Assembly: GCA_051047955.1 (NCBI GenBank)
Contig: JBPGPT010000050.1
Location: 1-64,000, forward strand
DNA from: Cystobasidiomycetes sp. EMM_F5
Lineage: Eukaryota
Reading direction: 5' to 3'
Length of the DNA: 64,000 nucleotides
The translations under genes and the position numbers were made by a program. Below, piece by piece: positions 60,294 to 64,000 of the stretch (positions are counted from its first letter, which is position 1; each line of letters begins with the position of its first letter). The notes beneath the pieces are model-generated. The model saw nothing but the letters and a program-made list of their open reading frames with translations, was not told where the DNA came from and ran no database searches.

Positions 60294-63200
60294 CTAGCGG
60301 CCGAGCAGTGTCGTGTATACGCTGCGCAGTGCGCTACTCTTACAAGTGCTGCGAAGGCATCCTGCGTGTCTGACTGATTTCCCAAGGACCGCTATAACTC
60401 CACTGCGTTTTGACCACTTTATGCAACTTCTGCGAGGCCCGCTAGGGCTTTCGTGACTTCTGCTGGTCCGCGGAGTTGCCATCTGGCTCCGCGCTTTTTC
60501 CCTCCTACACTGACAGTGACGACAGTGTCAAGCGCCATGTCACCGAGCCAGCTGCATAATCGCTGATCTTCACCGATACTGTGCATGCGACACGCAATGA
60601 TCAGCTGTAGGGCCCATTCACCAAAATACAGTAGATTCTTACGCTAAAACGTAGTCATATTGCTCTTGCAACCGGCGGCTAGCAAGCACCTTGTCAAGTT
60701 CCTTTGGCCTTAAATTCTGCTTATTGGAGACACGTCGAACATCGGTGCGGCGCGGCGCATGAACAACTCCAGCATCCTGTTCTGCAGGGAGGGGAAGACT
60801 GTCATCGGGGTCTACAGGATTATCGTCATCCTGAATCTCGGCGTCTTCATGAAGGTCCGCTTCCGACTGAGCGTGGGTGAATGGAGGTCGGGTCGGATTT
60901 GGCCTCTCGGGGATGGGCATGTCTTCTTCTAGGAAGTTATCCTTTTGCAATATGTGACCAACCGCCATAGCTCGTCCCGCTTTTCGAGGCAAGATCAAGA
61001 AAGAGGTCGCTCCTGGGTGTAAGCGAAGGCCGAAGCGCTCGCCGAGAGAGTCCATGATATGGTTCTGCACTTCGGCTGCCTGACGACGTGCCCACTCGTA
61101 TGCTTCGCTGTCCTCGATTGCTATAGGCATTTTCGCAGCATCGACAACCGAAACCAACTTGTCATCGTAGACAGGAGTCTTGAACGTTCTGGCATGGTCG
61201 CTATCGAGAACATCGGCGTACCTCCACACTATAGATAATCCTCGATCATCGATGCAGCTTCCCGGCGTTCGCTCCGTGTAGTAGCGGAGCGCGTTCAGTA
61301 CCGGCTGTCGCCATTGATTATGGCTTTCGTCGACCAGCGAATGCCATACACGATCCTCTGATATGGATTTGGCAGGGAGAGCAAGGAAACACCCGTTCTC
61401 GGCACTAATTTGAGGAGTAAGCTCGTTCAGACTGGATAGAGATTTCGACACTCTGTTGAGCGACTCACACATATCCAATGTCAGGGAATCTACGAGTCAA
61501 GGCGGACAGACTGCGAGCGGAATAGCCGCTTAGTATATAGACGCAATTTTTCTTGTCGCCTGCCAAGTCTTCCAGGATCTTCGCTGTTGAGTCACTGAGC
61601 TTAAACTCATCGATGTTCTCCGATGTTTCTGTGGTCGTGCGCAGCCGGGCATCAGAGTCGCACAGCGTGCCCTCCAGGTCTAGCAAGATTAAACGTTTTC
61701 CAGCAGTAGCATAAGAAGCTTTCGCCAGATCGGTGTCGAAAGCTGGCGATGTGCTCTGCTGCAGGAGGGACGGCGATGCCAGAGGTCGGCTTGTCACGTC
61801 GACAACCTCTCGTTGTAGTGCGTTAATGAAGGATGAGCACCTAACGATGGTACCGTCAGCTGCGCCTTCCATGTATCGAAGTAGATCAGTGGCGCTCACC
61901 AATGCTGGGCAGTTTGCGACCATACATGCCGTTCCAAATCCCGCCAGCGTGATATTCTCTCCTCTTCGGGCATGTCCAGAGCTTCTCTGATGGCCAGTCC
62001 AAAATTCTTCTTATCGTAGGGGTTGACCGGAATGCATCGTTGCTATGATTTACGCTCATTCAGATGTCGATATATGCTCAGGCAGGCTTGACAGCACTCA
62101 CGAAGCCAGCTCTGCTGTAAGATCCAGTAAATTCCGACAGAATAAGCGGGCCCCACTGTCCTTCTTGACAGATAATGTACTCGTGCGATGTCAACTGAGG
62201 ACATTAATGTCAGCACTCGAAGAGGTATTTTGCCGGAACCACTTACATTCATGCCTTCGCGCAAGCTCGAATTGATGAAGCACTCCGCCACTTGCAGCAA
62301 GGCTAAGTATTGCGAAAAGCTGACGTCTTGGTGCAAGAAGACAACCGGTTGGCTATGACGATAGCTCTTAGTTCGCACGCATCACCTAACACTGTAGACC
62401 AGGCACTTACTACGAAAAAGTGGAGAAGCGAGCATTGATGCGAGACACCAGGTCCATCACATCGCCTTGCTTTTCGTTCTCTTCGCTGGTAGCCATGGCC
62501 ACCTGGATGAGCACCACCTTACCAACATATTCAGGATTGTGTTCGAGGAAGTACTCGTATGCGACGAGTTTCTGAGGATACGATCATGATCAAGATCAAC
62601 CGTGTGAACTCGAACGTGTTAAACATCCTTACCTGTCGCACGCCTTTGATTTCATCGAGCTTGTCCCTCGCCATCAAGATACGCATGCCTTTGTACTGTT
62701 CCCGTAATATTTTGAGCCACTCTCCGACTTCTGCCTCACGTCTAGTAATGCGGACGTTTAGCGGCCGCGTTGTCGTCATCGAATACGATTATTGACACTC
62801 ACTTTCGTTCATGCAAGGCCTTTACGTCAATACCGATAGAAAAGACGCCGACTTTGGCAAAGCCATTCTGCAGTTGTATTCCACGAGGAATAGCTTCCAC
62901 GCTTAAAAGCCGTTGACAGGTTTGCCGGAAATGACGAGCCAAGTTGTATGTTTGGAAACCGATGAGATCTGCACCGAGTACACCTTCCAAGAGCTCCCTA
63001 CGATTGGCCAAGCAACGGAAAATCTCCGAAGATGGGAAGGCGATGTGACTATGGCACAATATTATCAGCTATGACATATCAGCCGTCGCATTCTGTAATG
63101 CTCACAGGAAAAATCCGATGGTCGCGTCTGGCAGCTTGTGCCGAACCATGTTGGGTACCAGCATAAGGTGATAGTCATTTATCCATACTGTGGAGCAGAG

Positions 63201-64000
63201 GTCGAGCGCTGCTCAGCATGACTGCTTGCGCTCGCTGTAACATCTCCCACTCACTCAAATCTCCCTTCTTGTACACTGACACAATCTTGTCCGCAAAGGC
63301 TTGGTTCATGGCCACGTAATCTTTCCACGCTGGTGATTGGTATGCCTTGGTCTTGTGCACATCGTGTACCTGATAGTGAAATGTAGGCCACAATATCTAA
63401 ACACGCATTCATCAATGCCACTCGTAAACAGCTTATAACGGAATCCGGCCAACCTGCTTGCAAAACATATCATAGGCGGGTTCCAGCACATCGTCTTCGA
63501 CCCAAACTGCATGTGATCGCTTTTCCTCGCGATACTTTGTATCAATGGCATTCCGGAGTGGTTCGTCAAGCTCTCCGATGCCGCATCCGATAGTTCCGAC
63601 CCATCGGTATTCGCGTATGCCATCTTTGGCAGATGGAATGCTACTGACGTGCGTCGAACGGATAGGCCTATCTTCGGCTGCCACCTCACCTGTTGAAGCG
63701 CGTTCTGGTGCTGATCTTCCGAGACGCGGGGGAATGGGGTCGGAGGCAGTGCGGATATGAGCATCTGCGACACTTCGCACTGCGTTTTGTAAGCCCCCAT
63801 TGCCATGTGGATTGGACTCGAGGTAGAATTGAGGAAGTCCAGGTTGAGATCCGTATGGGGTCAGTGGGGTCGTTAGACCACTGTCGCTTCCGCCGTGCAT
63901 GCCAGCCGCAGAGGCAGTCGATGACCGACGACGATGACTGTCGCGCCTGCCAGAACGGGAGAAGGTCCTTGTGAGTTGACCAGGACCGGTACCGGTTGCG
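60294..64000 (-). CDS. Glycosyltransferase-20 plus HAD trehalose-phosphatase-like protein (Tps2/Tps3 class), 5' truncated by the window edge
   Basis: Contains [76 protein letters not shown] and YTERTPGS. Confidence 0.9.

Noticed and set aside
1..64000. Numerous short antisense or overlapping ORFs in the six-frame track; transposons; CRISPR arrays
   Set aside because: The short ORFs are shadows of real exons without recognisable motifs. No transposase, reverse transcriptase, LTR or repeat-spacer array was seen.

Overview
This is a gene-dense, intron-rich fungal nuclear region, probably basidiomycete (inferred from short GT-AG introns with CTRAY branch sites, many microexons and the protein families). 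It holds about 29 protein-coding genes. Clearly recognisable ones are eIF5A, lysyl-tRNA synthetase, DBP10, eIF2-beta, ATP3, formate dehydrogenase, CWC24, a HemK/Mtq1 methyltransferase, CPA1/arg-2, CHD1, EFG1, WBP1, mitochondrial S19 and a Tps2/Tps3-type protein. Family-level calls are a siderophore MFS transporter, an SGNH esterase, a GNAT, a 2OG-Fe(II) oxygenase, a YMC-type carrier, a TPR protein, a Zn2Cys6 factor, an HSP12-like protein and an HhH-GPD glycosylase. I saw no transposon, CRISPR array, tRNA or rRNA. The most interesting signals concern translational control and are not evident from the ORF track. First, an arginine-attenuator-like uORF, probably spliced, with a variant core (EDYLSCQLW) lies upstream of CPA1. 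Second, in-frame upstream ATGs add mitochondrial-presequence-like extensions to formate dehydrogenase and LysRS, suggesting dual targeting. Other points are a degenerate trehalose-phosphatase domain, an exon-duplicated HSP12 and some intergenic hairpins. All exon boundaries were read by eye and are approximate.
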